Shown here: piece after piece, positions 25,225-36,967 of the stretch
Layout of the letters: each line of letters starts with the position of its first letter
Numbering within the stretch: the stretch's first letter is position 1
Notes under the pieces: generated by a model
The model's input: only the letters and a program-made list of their open reading frames with translations
Told to the model about the DNA's origin: nothing
The model's database searches: none
Assembly: GCF_001949145.1 (NCBI RefSeq)
Contig: NW_019091360.1
Location: 678,137 to 742,136 of the forward strand
Reading direction: 5' to 3'
Length of the DNA: 64,000 nucleotides
Origin: Acanthaster planci
Lineage: Eukaryota
Program-made: the position numbers and the translations under genes

Positions 25225-25610
25225 ATAGAGGGATCCCAATACGACGCTTTGAGCGTCGATCTGCGCACTTCTGCGTTTGAAAACAAGGCTGTATGTGTCA
25301 GCTTCAATTCTTAATACGATCAGACGATTGAAAGTAAGGAGTCAAGACACAAAATACATACAGGTTTGTTAAATTCAGACTTTTCAGACTGCAGATTTTT
25401 GTGGAAGAGTCTTTCAGGATGACTCGAGATGTAAAATCAAAAGAAAAAATGATGGCAATTTACTGTGAACTGGCGTACCTGCGATGGTCATGTATCTTGT
25501 GCAGTGGGCGTGGTTTAAACCAGATACTGCATGTACTGTGTGGACTCCGTTGGCGCGCCCAATAAAGTTCAACACAGAGAGCCTCGGTTTCGATGCAGAT
25601 ATGTGCAGAC
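25225..25610 (+). repeat. ~400-bp interspersed repeat, copy 2 (in or near the eIF1 3' UTR)
   Basis: Inverted homologue of 10090-10504. Contains AATAAA at 25561. Confidence 0.85.
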
Positions 25611-28600
25611 AGCACTATTGTGAAATCCCTCTATGTTTCATAGTAAAATTAGTGCTTGTGAAAGGTCTAGGTTCATCTAGTCAATAGGAAGATACATACC
25701 ATTCTGAATTCCTCCATTTTTGTTGTGTTTCCTTTTTAAAATGAGCTCATTGATTTGATGCTGAATAATTGCCGCTACACATGAATGAAAAAATAAATGA
25801 GCTGTAGATATGGCAACTATGGCTAAGTTTTCCAAACTGCACAATTACATGATAGTACGTAAAAGAATTGCTAATATACATGTACGTAAGGTTTCAGATT
25901 CCCAAAGCCAGTGAGATGCTGTGGTGCCTCGTCGGTACATGCTGCTTACGATGCACATAACACTAGGTTGGAGGACCACATCAATCTTTTTCTTTCTGTT
26001 TTGTTTGTTTTTTGTCCATCTTTTCTTTAATTTTTTGACAGTCAAAAACACCTAGTGTCCACTAGGTGTTTTTCTTTTTTTGGGGGGGGGGGGAATTCAT
26101 ATCCCTGAGGGATTTGTTTTTAAGGGAAAGAAAGTCCAAGATGGTTTGTTACAGACTAGTCTGGTTCCTGTGCCCAAATGCTGTGGATTGATTTAAGGGA
26201 AGAACAGCAGCCAGTCTAACGTGTCATTACTATGGCTACTGCATGATGAAAAAGCTAAGCCAAACAAAAATGGTTGTGTTTCTGGTTACCTGACCAAACC
26301 TAGACAACCATGCAGGATGACAATGACCACAAATAACACAGTGTCAACTCCACAGTGCAATTCTGTTTACATCATCCTAGCTGGTCAGCTTAAAAAAAAC
26401 GTGGCCTGCTCCTGTGATTGGACCTGCAATCAACTGGCCAACAGACATTGTTTAACCACTCAGCAAGTGATCAGACAGAATGGTTTGTAGAGTAAACACA
26501 TACAGCATTAAAGTCCAAGTTCTCTCTTAATTTTTCCAAATGAGTGCACAAAAGAATTGACCAGCATATTACCCGATTTGTATTGGATGAAATAATTCAG
26601 AGAACAAAAAGCCAACCCACCTTATTCTTTATTTGGTAATGTAATAGGAAACACAGCTATTTGGAGTTAGATAATTAGAGAAGAATCAAATATAATAAGC
26701 TCCATTATGCAGGAAACCATGAAAGAACTTGAAATAATGGTATGAGGATCAAACAATTCAGTCAGAAATTGAAATGTTCATGTTTATGCTATTCTTTTCT
26801 ATCCTCCAGCATTTTGTTGTTTCTTGGTAAAGTTGGTGTATATTCTGTCTCTTGATTATTTTTGAGTAGAAATAGTTTGGTGTTCTTTTCCCCTGCGAGT
26901 AGAAAAAGGCCAAAGGAAAGGCGAGAGGCAATCCTTAATTGTGATAAAATTTATGAGTGTGACAGTACAATGGAGAACATACATGTACATGTATGCTGCG
27001 TGTAGCAGTTGTGATACAAGAATGCTGCAGTATTGCATCATGATAAAAACAATTGGTGTTGTAATATTTGGCTGTGAATAAATTTCAACCGAAATGAAAG
27101 AAGTCAGACCGTTCCAAGTAACCAAAGTCTGAATGTGTGGACATCACATTTGTAAATACATGGAGTGGGAAAAGCTACTTTATCAAATGCCTCTAGAATG
27201 GCCCTTGAGAGCAAGGGAGCAGATGTAAGAGTGGCATAGTTGGGTTGAACTGAAGAATGAAACCTGTGCACATGCACTGCATTTGTACAATTCATGAATG
27301 AATACAAAGATGTCAGTTACCACAACTGCACACATTTTGTGACCTCAGTATTGAGATGTTTATTCTGTTGTAAAAAAATGGTATCGTTAGTCTTGTACGA
27401 GTAGAGATGAGAATGTTATCTAACATACTGAAAGACGGTCTCTCAAAAGAGTCATATCCTATATGTACTGCAGTTTCATGGTGAAAACTAGCACATTTTG
27501 GGCCTTAAAGGTGTTGCATCTGCAGATCTGAGGGTTCATTAAAAATCCAGAATTTGGACCTTTTGCTTTTTTAATTGTAGTAAAAAGTCTCATTAGGCAA
27601 GTGTATATGATATCACAGAGCAGGCCTGTTACAGAGTAAATTATCTTGGGTGCTTACAATTACATTTAAGATTTGGAGGAAAATGCAAACATTTACTCTG
27701 AATACTTAAATTTACATTGCATTCATCGTAGGCATGATATGAGGTGGTTAAACCTCAACAGTCAACTCGTTCATAATAGTGATGCAGTGTGATGCATTAT
27801 TGCATTTGTTTGAAATTTGTTTCGTTTTGTTTTGCTTTCATACTATCAAATAGTCGCAGCTTGTTACACGAAATTTTGCAGTTAAAGGCCAAGTTACTCT
27901 TCCTTGCTTCATAGATATACAAAAAATGGCCAAGGGTTAGTCATGAGATGTGGAACTGGTCGCATCATTACTGCCCTGCATATCCAAAACAGACTTTGAA
28001 GTATGCACACATGCTGAAAACCTGCCCCTGCTTTGACCCATTTGGGTAGATATCCTGTCAGTCCTAACCATTTGGAGACCGTGGGATGCAAGGGGTTGTT
28101 GCACTGCATCCTTGAAAATAACATGCAAGAGTCTTTTCCTTTCAATTAAGCAGTTTAATTTGTCAGTTACTGTGTCGAAATAATACCTTAGTCACAAAGC
28201 AAAAATAGATTTGTCACCCATGACTTTGTACTTGTGTGTATACCGTAATTACTGACTTCAGTTTTTCTGTGTGTTTGTTTTGTTTTTACAATGTACATGG
28301 AGGTCCTTCAGTATCTTTTCTCACCATCAGCGTTAAATTGTTATACCGCCAACCATAACTCCTTTTGACCGATTTCATCCAACTCGGCAATAATGTGGTG
28401 CACTAAGATCAGGTCAGAGGTCACCTAGCAGTCACTAGTGGTCATTTTCTTGAAAATTACAAATGCTTCTCTCAGTCTTCATCCAGTGAAGACAAGACTA
28501 GGTCGGCTCATTATAGGATGTACACAGAATTTGCCAAATGTTACCTATTGGTCAGCAGGTCGTCAATTACTAGAAGATGGGCACTTCTCGACGATTTCAG

Positions 28601-28989
28601 CCAAACTTTTTCAAGGGCATTGTGTCAGTTTCACGTGTAGTTATGAAGATTTCAAAGGACACCTAGTGGTTAGAATGTGGTCATTTTATGTAAAGTGGAC
28701 TAAATGGTTTCGTTACCTCAATTTTTACCACAATTTAGACCAAACTGTCAGTTATGGGTCTCTTGAAAACTTCAAGTATGCTATTTGCAGATTTGGGACA
28801 AAGGTCACCTGTAGCGGTCGGCATGTGGTCATATTCTGGAAAACAGACAAAATTGCTTTGTTTCTTTACTTTTTAAATGATTTCTGGTAAACTTTTTCAG
28901 TGATTAGCCTTTTGCACGCTTGGTGACCTAGTGGTCAGTGTGTGACGCGTTTGTCGGCCAGGCTGGCCTAGAACGCTGCGGTATTTCAT

Positions 28990-29320
28990 GCCAATGTACA
29001 TGTACTTCACAACAGGAGGATTACAGCCTGTGGTGACTCATAGCAGTCAGTCCGGTCCCCACGTGAGGCCGCCCGGCTAGCTGTGTGGATCAGAAGAATA
29101 TGGGCCTAATGGGGTCAACCGGCGCTAAGTGGTTAAGAGGGCGGGCACCAAAGATTAAGATGAGGCTGCTCCTCTTCTGAATCCCTATGAAGGAGTCAAA
29201 GGGGCCTTATTTGATCAATCAGTGCTAGATTGGTGGCAACAGCAGCGAACTAATACGCTTGATCAGACCAAGAAAGATGAGTTGCTGGGGCCTCACTCCA
29301 GCAACGAAGTATAATCGTTG
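28990..29320 (+). mobile_element. Possible decayed Penelope-like element 3' end with a hammerhead-like relic
   Basis: Frameshifted WIRR...GPNGVNRR* resembles a GIY-YIG C-terminus. Downstream is GATGA-GTTGCTGGGG-cctca-CTCCAGCAAC-GAAG. Confidence 0.35.
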
Positions 29321-29459
29321 ATTGGCAAGGTACTTACCTCTGCATGCGCAGTGAGTACCCCCATTTTTTTGGGGGGGGGGAGATTTGACCACTGATATCT
29401 ATACACTGGATAGGCAGCTCATCAGTAACTGCCGATGGTTGCACTACACCAAATACGTG

Positions 29460-29805
29460 CCCATAGAAAACAGTGCAAAATTTGGACCGAAATAGCGCCG
29501 CCTCTTGACTCTAGTGAAGAGGATGGCCTCCATTTTTTCACTGGAAATTCAAGATTATGACCAGAAGATCAATTTTCATTTCAGTTTTATGGGGTTAGCC
29601 ACTGAAAAATAATTTATTTACCTTTCCCCAAAGACAACCCCAAAATAGCAGTAAAAACTAGGCGCATATTTCTGAACGTACCCCCCAGCCTCTATCCAAA
29701 ATATATATTTATAGAAATATTTCTATGATCCCTCTTGATTATAGCCTGTCTTGTAAAAATCCCGTGGGATCACCAAATATTAATGAACTTGCGCGCAGAT
29801 ATACA
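29460..29805 (+). repeat. Interspersed repeat; direct copy at ~35327-35731
   Basis: CATAGAAAACA.TGCAAAA...GGACCGAAATAG...GACTCT.GTGAAGAGG.TGGCCTCCATTTTTT...ATCCCGTGGGATCAC...GCGCGCAGA occurs in both copies. Confidence 0.85.
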
Positions 29806-30190
29806 ACCATTAGCTGGACTGCACCCCTATGTGTGAATTGAAGTGACCACGCGGCCATCTTAGGATATCCAATACAATGGCCTCCAACTTCAGTCCATTC
29901 ACTAAAGTGAATTCATGCATGGCGCTAAAGCCGGAGACTTGGGAAAATGCCATTGTATTGAACAGCCTAAGAAGCAACAGTGGTTTTAGTGTTGAGAATT
30001 CAAGTTATGTTCACGTGAATTCGAAGAACTTCAGATTTTATTTAAATTTAACTCGTAAATGGCTTATTGCATTGCCGGACTCGCTTTTACATCGTTCATA
30101 TCTGCATTATAATGAACGAGTTGGCAATTCCGGCTACTTTGGTGGAAATTCTGTATACATTATGCATATGTAACTATGAATAACTACATA

Positions 30191-31525
30191 TCACCTGACC
30201 AGCACCATGTATCGCAAGCCTACCCACACCGACCAGTACCTGGCCTTTGACTCACACCAACCAGTGTCCGTCAAGAGGGGCGTGGCCAAGTGCCTACATG
30301 ACCGCGCCTCACGCCTAGTCACCAGACGCACCACACAGCCGCCGAGAGACGCCGAGAGACGCCGAGTCACCGCTGCCCTCACGGCTAACGGGTATCCAGC
30401 GTCCTTCATCCGGCAGTCATCAAGACCCAAGACCAGCACCGAGGTGGAGCGACAGGAGTACAAGGTTTTCACCGTTCTTCCCTTTGTGGACGGTATCTCC
30501 GGACGGCTGAAGAGGATCCTGGAGGACCACGGCGTCCGCACCGTGTTCCGATCATCCACCACCTTGAGGAACCAACTCGTGCGTCCTAAGGATCCCATCC
30601 CACCCGGAAGACGCGGAGGAGTGGTCTACAGGATACCATGCGGTGACTGTGACAAGGTATACATCGGCGAAACTGGCAGACCAATCGGCGNNNNNNNNNN
30701 NNNNNNNNNNNNNNNNNNNNNNNNNNNNNNNNNNNNNNNNNNNNNNNNNNNNNNNNNNNNNNNNNNNNNNNNNNNNNNNNNNNNNNNNNNNNNNNNNNNN
30801 NNNNNNNNNNNNNNNNNNNNNNNNNNNNNNNNNNNNNNNNNNNNNNNNNNNNNNNNNNNNNNNNNNNNNNNNNNNNNNNNNNNNNNNNNNNNNNNNNNNN
30901 NNNNNNNNNNNNNNNNNNNNNNNNNNNNNNNNNNNNNNNNNNNNNNNNNNNNNNNNNNNNNNNNNNNNNNNNNNNNNNNNNNNNNNNNNNNNNNNNNNNN
31001 NNNNNNNNNNNNNNNNNNNNNNNNNNNNNNNNNNNNNNNNNNNNNNNNNNNNNNNNNNNNNNNNNNNNNNNNNNNNNNNNNNNNNNNNNNNNNNNNNNNN
31101 NNNNNNNNNNNNNNNNNNNNNNNNNNNNNNNNNNNNNNNNNNNNNNNNNNNNNNNNNNNNNNNNNNNNNNNNNNNNNNNNNNNNNNNNNNNNNNNNNNNN
31201 NNNNNNNNNNNNNNNNNNNNNNNNNNNNNNNNNNNNNNNNNNNNNNNNNNNNNNNNNNNNNNNNNNNNNNNNNNNNNNNNNNNNNNNNNNNNNNNNNNGT
31301 TTACATTCAACAGCTAGCCCACCCAGCCGGCTGGGAACAACCGAACATCAACGGTACTATCCGAACATGCCGAATATGGAAGGGACGACTTTGGAATATT
31401 TCGACTATTTCCGGAAAACTGGAGGAGTCCCTCAGTCTTGGTCAGACATTGAGGGATACCGGACCCACGATTCGTAGAGTAGTCAGAATCATCGGGTCTG
31501 GTATCCGGCTATGATCTCCATTATA
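30191..31525 (+). mobile_element. 5'-truncated Penelope-like retroelement (RT C-terminal region plus GIY-YIG endonuclease), interrupted by an assembly gap
   Basis: YRKPTHTDQYLAFDSHQP, LTANGYP, VLPFVDGISGRLKRIL and GVVYRIPCGDCDKVYIGETGR are PLE signatures. The frame is uninterrupted and GC-rich, suggesting a young copy. Assigning the post-gap 31299-31525 segment to this element is inference. Confidence 0.9.
30691..31298. other. Assembly gap (N run)
   Basis: Run of N. Confidence 1.
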
Positions 31526-34073
31526 AAGTACGAAGTATGGTGTACTGTTTACGACAAACATTTCTCTCTCTCTCTATAGCCTCCCTCCAGGCGACGCAAC
31601 CAGACGACACGACGGCTCCCGTCGCGTCGTGCCGTCGCCCGTCTCGTCGTGCCGTCTAAGGTCCTTTCCTTGTTGCATTTTTTTCTGCCTATACGTCGCC
31701 CCTTCCGTCGCCCGTTGCGTCGTGCTGTCGTGCGTCGTGTCGTGCATCGCGTTGCCTGAAGCGCGACGCACGACGCGACGTGTGCTGTCGCCCTTTACTG
31801 TTTTCTTTCATTTCTTTCCCCCGACCCTTGCTTGCACACTACATGCCATAGGTACCAGGCCTTGATTCTGTTGTTCTTTTTCGTGGATTCTTTCTAACTT
31901 TGTGTTTTCATTCAGAGTGAGTTGTTGAAGAAGACTCTTCCCTTTCTTTTTTTTTTAAATCAAATCAAATCAAATCAAATCAAATGTAATCAGAAAGAGC
32001 GTTGTGACTAATCAGCATTGTCCTCAGGAAATATATAACATTAACGTCAGCCACAACAATGTTTTAGCTTTTCCTGATCTAATCGTGATTTTTCTAATAA
32101 TAATTGTAAATCCATTCTAAGATACATCAATCATTATTACGTGCTCGCAAAAATGTAACATGCGGATCTGATGAGAAATTAAGCGCGAGGCCAAACAGAA
32201 AGGAAGAAAAGACACCGTCACAATGGTAGTAGGATCTACAGTGTTTAATCAAGAAATACGCCGGCGGACCAATATCATTGAAAGTGTGGTGCTGATGAAG
32301 TTAACGGGGAAGACTAAACTGAAGGAAGACTGAAGACTGAATATTCTGAAGGTAATAATATAATGCAGGCTGGATGGTAACTACCTGAACCCCTGGTCAA
32401 CCTTGTAGACAAATTGTCTGGAGGAGTGGGAGAACTACTTGGAAACTGCTGGCATGGACCACAGAGAAATATTTATAAGGTTACAGATCTACCACAAATG
32501 GGAACTTCATCAACAGTCTTAAAAAGAGTAAATTAAAAAGTGACGAATTCTGGGCTTACACTTATTATGTGAGAGCACCTTCATACGCGGATTTTCTTTT
32601 TGCTCGTTTTCATTTTTTTTCGATAAAATATGACGAAAAGTAATTCACTTTGATGAATGGATGAAACAATCACTCCCCCCCAAAAAAATCAACGCTTGCG
32701 GCACAGGGCATGTATTTTGCAAGCGCAATGGGCGGAAATGAGAGAAAACAAAAGAAATCATTGGCTGGGAAATTAAGGAGTGACGAATTATGAGCTTGCG
32801 GTTTTCATTTATTTTGAGGGAGCAATTCCTACTAATTTGGATTTTCGTTTGCTTTTTTAGCATTTTTCAATAAAATATGACTTAAATTAATCCCAATTAA
32901 TGAATCGAAGAGATAAAACAATGAAAAACCCACACTATAAAACAATGAAAAATCAACACCAAAGAGCGAATTGCGTGTACCTTGCAAGATAGGTGGACTG
33001 AAATAAAAGAAAACAGTAAAGGCGACCTCTATAAACACCATGAAGTAAAGGGTATGGTGTACTATTTACGACACACATTTCTCTCTCTCTTTAGCCTCCC
33101 TAAAGGCGACGCAACTACACGACGCGACGGCTCCCTTGCGTCGTGCCGTCGGGTTGCACCGTCGCCTTCTTGCCATTACTTTTGTACACTCACGTCGTGC
33201 CGTCGCATCGTGCTGTCTCAGGTCCTTTCCATGTTGCATTTTTTCCCGCCTAAACGTCGCCCTTCCGTCACCCGTCGCGTCGTACCGTCGTGCGTCGTGT
33301 CGTGCATCGCGTCGCCTGTTACGTCCCCTGAAGCACGACGCGACGCACGACGCGTCGTGTGCTGTTGCCCTTTGCTTCATGGTGTTTGTAGAGGGCGCCT
33401 TTACTGTTTTCTTTCATGTCTCTTTCTTATCTCCCGTGCTTTCAAAGTACATGCTATTTACTCTTTGGTGTTGATTTGTTCTTGTTTTTATCTCATCCAT
33501 TCCTTGATTAGGTTGATTTCTGTCATATTTTATTAAGAAAATGAAAAAAGGGGCAAAAGGAAAATCGGCATATGTAGGAACGGCTCTGATTTCTAAGTAG
33601 TACTCCCAATTCTCCAGACAATTTGCCTAACAATTGTACAGCTGCAAGTTTCACTGCGGGATTAGGGAGTTACTACCGTGCCCGGTCACTGGCTAGGGAA
33701 GTTATCAGCTCCTTCTCAAGGACTCTTGTGGCTGGTTGCAAGTTCTGCTACCAACTGCCCACACGCGCTGCCCACTTGTATGACCTGATTATGGGGAGTT
33801 ATGATTTCAAAAATTGGGGGAGCAAAATTAATTCTATTGCGTAATTATTAGAAAGATCAAAATTAGAGCAGGAAAAGCTAAAACAACGTTGTGGGTCATG
33901 TTATTTATTTCCTGGAGACAAGGCTGATAGTTGGTCGTGACAATCTTTCTAATCATATTTGATTAAAAAAACAAACCTTTTCTTCAACAACTCACTCCTC
34001 TTGAAAACACAAAGTTTGAAAGTAACTTAATATGCATAAAAAAGAACAATAACAGAAACAAGACCTGCCACCT

Positions 34074-34269
34074 ATTCGCTCTTTGTACGCTACCGCCATA
34101 GGCATGCAGAGCCTCGATATGGTAGCTTTTCCGTGTATGTTGGTAAGTAATTTTGGGCATGATGTTGCGTTAGTTCTTCTACCATCTATACTATACGATT
34201 GGACAATATTTCGAAAGCTGTCAGTTCAAGGCTCTGCATGCCCATGACGGCAGCGTACAAAGAGCGAAT
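34074..34269. mobile_element. MITE with ~44-bp TIRs
   Basis: ATTCGCTCTTTGTACGCTACCGCCATAGGCATGCAGAGCCTCGA versus the reverse complement of TCAAGGCTCTGCATGCCCATGACGGCAGCGTACAAAGAGCGAAT. Confidence 0.8.
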
Positions 34270-34288
34270 GCCATGTCCTGGGTGCATG

Positions 34289-34757
34289 CAGTCCACTATT
34301 CAAGTAAGAATTACTGCTCAGTCATTAGCATTAAAAGTAGCTGCCCCGCATTTTTCTGAAAAAAGGAGATTGCTTGGCCCCCGAAATGGTGAGATTGTGT
34401 AAATCGTTGCCAGGATCAACTGCCTGGGTCTTCGAGCTGTCCTATGAGAGCAGAATGGCTGAAAACTACAACTGAAAAATGGTCCTAAGTGCCCAAGAAG
34501 GTTGAGGGTTGCCACTTGAAAAATGGCTGCAATCAGACTTCGAAAAAAATCACTTTTCGGGGTGATTTTGTTTTGTGGGAATAGTTAAAAATGTAATTGG
34601 TTGGTCCACAATAAATTGAAAGGAAATCGACAGATTAGGGACCAGACAATAATTTTTTTGTGTTTACGCAATCTCAAGGATGTTTGTAAGCAAGTTATTG
34701 GGCCCTGAATAGCGCCGATTTTACACTGTTTTCAATGGGGCTTGAATTAGTGGACTG
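34289..34757. mobile_element. TcMar-like MITE
   Basis: Ends are CAGTCCACTATTCAAG ... CTTGAATTAGTGGACTG, followed by TA on the right. Confidence 0.65.
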
Positions 34758-36967
34758 TACCCTACTATTCAAGTAAGAGCGGAAAATGAAATTTTCAGGG
34801 GGCGGAAATGAAAGAAACAGTAAAGGCGCCCTCTACAAACACCATGAAGCAAAGGGCAACAGAACACGACGCGTCGCGCCGTGTCGTGCGTCGCGCTTCA
34901 GGGGACGTAATAGGCGACGCGATGCACGACACGACGGTACGACGCGACGGTCGACGGCACGACGCGACGCAACGCAAGACGCGACGCGTGTGTACAAACG
35001 AAATGGCAAGAAGGCGACTGTTCGCCCCGACGGAACGACGCAAGGGAGTCGTTGTGCCGTCGCGTCGTCTGGTTGCGTCGCCTGGAGAGAGGCAAGAGAG
35101 AGAGAAATGTTCGTCGTAAATAGTACACCATAGTGAAGTGTGACGTCATTGAGAACCACCACATGCTGTACAAACGCTTGTTGGTTCAGGCGCAGGTTCT
35201 CGCGCTAATGCATTTTACAGACATACTTGCACTCTATCCGGTTCGTAAATGTGACGTCACTTCAGTTTAAACCACGCCCACTGCACATGCACAGCACATA
35301 AGGTTTCACCACACCAAAAACGCGCTCATAGAAAACATTGCAAAATCGGACCGAAATAGGGCCACCTGTTGACTCTTGTGAAGAGGTTGGCCTCCATTTT
35401 TTCACTGAAAATTCTAAATCATGGCCAGATCACTTTTCGTTTCAACTTCAAGGGGTAGCCCCGAAAATGTTTTTTATACGTCTTTCAACGAAGATACCCC
35501 CAAAATATCAGTAAAACTGAGCGCTCATTTCTGAGTGTAGCCGCCCGCCTCCATCCAAAATAAGCCCGCAGTTTGGGGCTTTTTGTGAAAGAAATACCCC
35601 GAACTGGAAAATATTAGTCTGAAATTCGGGATTTATAGAAATATTTCTATGATCCCTCCTGATTATGGTCTGTCTTATTGTAAAAAATCCCGTGGGATCA
35701 CAAAATATTAATGAGCTCGCGCGCAGAAATACACACACAGAAAAAAAAATACACAAGTTGTGCAAAATTGTACATAATTCCAATGTGCTATACGAACCCG
35801 CTAATAATTATGTACAATTTTACACAATAACTTTTACCTAAGCATCTTCATAAAAGTTTTTTAAAAGTTTACTTCGAAAATAGGTACGTGAATTTGCCCC
35901 ATAATTTGGTAAAAGAAGTCAAGAAAACCTTTACCCCATTATTTGGTATAATTCTACATGGTATCTATGTTAGTTGATGACCGGATTTACTATTTAATCG
36001 GTATTTTTACTGGTTTTTCGTGTAAACAATTTACAAATTTTTCATGTGTTTTTATGTGAGAAATAATGTTTCATTAAAAAAGATTATTGGACGTATGATA
36101 AAATAGCGATAAACATGAATGTTAAAATTTATCAGTTAAATTTTATTGTCAATTATACTAATAATTGTAACAATATTAAAATTTACAATCATAGTTAACC
36201 AGATGGCAATTTCGACCATGAAATACAATTCAAATTCCTTGATGAGCTTGATTCAAAACAATTTGCAACAGTAACAATGAACACTAATTCTTCTGAAAAG
36301 TTGAAGTATGAAGAAACACAACCAGGGATTTTTAGAGACTACACTCAGATACTGGCTTCTAAGGCAACAAAATAAAAAATAATAATAAGGATGCTTTATA
36401 TTTGTACGCTGGTTATAACTGGTCTTTAAAGGTTTGAAAAAAATATGTCTCAAAATTTCACCATAAGCAAAGATAATGTTGATAGCCAAAGTCTGAAACA
36501 CATCTTTTCCAAAATTCTCTGCTTAAGTTGACTCATTTTCATTTTACATCCTGATGATCTGAAAACATTTTGATGGGCTCAATTTTTACTGAATCCAAAA
36601 AGTCATACAAGAATTTTTCAGCATGAAATGTTCAATGTAAAAGTCAGTTTTCATTTGTATAGAGATTGAATGCTTCCATTAAGGGAAATCAATTAATGCA
36701 GCACAATCAGGGATTTGCTTCTTTGGTAAGGCAATCACGGTTGCTTTAATTTTTTTCTTTGGTAAAAACCTAGTCCAGCGGCCGGTTTCACGAATCCTAA
36801 GATGCGTCTCGTCCTAGGATCGATTTCACCAAACTTAGGACATGTTCAACGCATCGTAACTTCCCTAGCAACGCGGCCAAACCCGTCTTAACTTAAGATC
36901 AGTATTGGGGCCGTCTTATCTATATGCAAACGTATACATTTTTGTAGAAAACAGCGAAACGGCACTT

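Larger units (their letters stand above)
31535..35135. mobile_element. Compound foldback structure built from a CGACG/CGTCG-rich repeat family
   Basis: 31535-31820(+) is inverted against 34795-35135. 31850-32105 is inverted against 33840-34073. The inner arms 32840-33052 and 33368-33570 enclose a third CGACG-rich unit. Confidence 0.75.

Noticed and set aside
26044..26073. Perfect 14-bp-arm hairpin AAAAACACCTAGTG-tc-CACTAGGTGTTTTT followed by a T run
   Set aside because: It resembles a bacterial terminator, but the DNA is eukaryotic, the loop is only 2 nt and there is no supporting context; probably a local inverted duplication.
31455..31507. SECIS-like AUGA hairpin on the minus strand
   Set aside because: It lacks the 3' GA of the quartet and the apical AA, and no selenoprotein ORF is nearby.
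32982..35173. Multiple overlapping Arg/Val/Ala-rich ORFs
   Set aside because: By-products of stop-poor CGACG repeats, mirrored on both strands.
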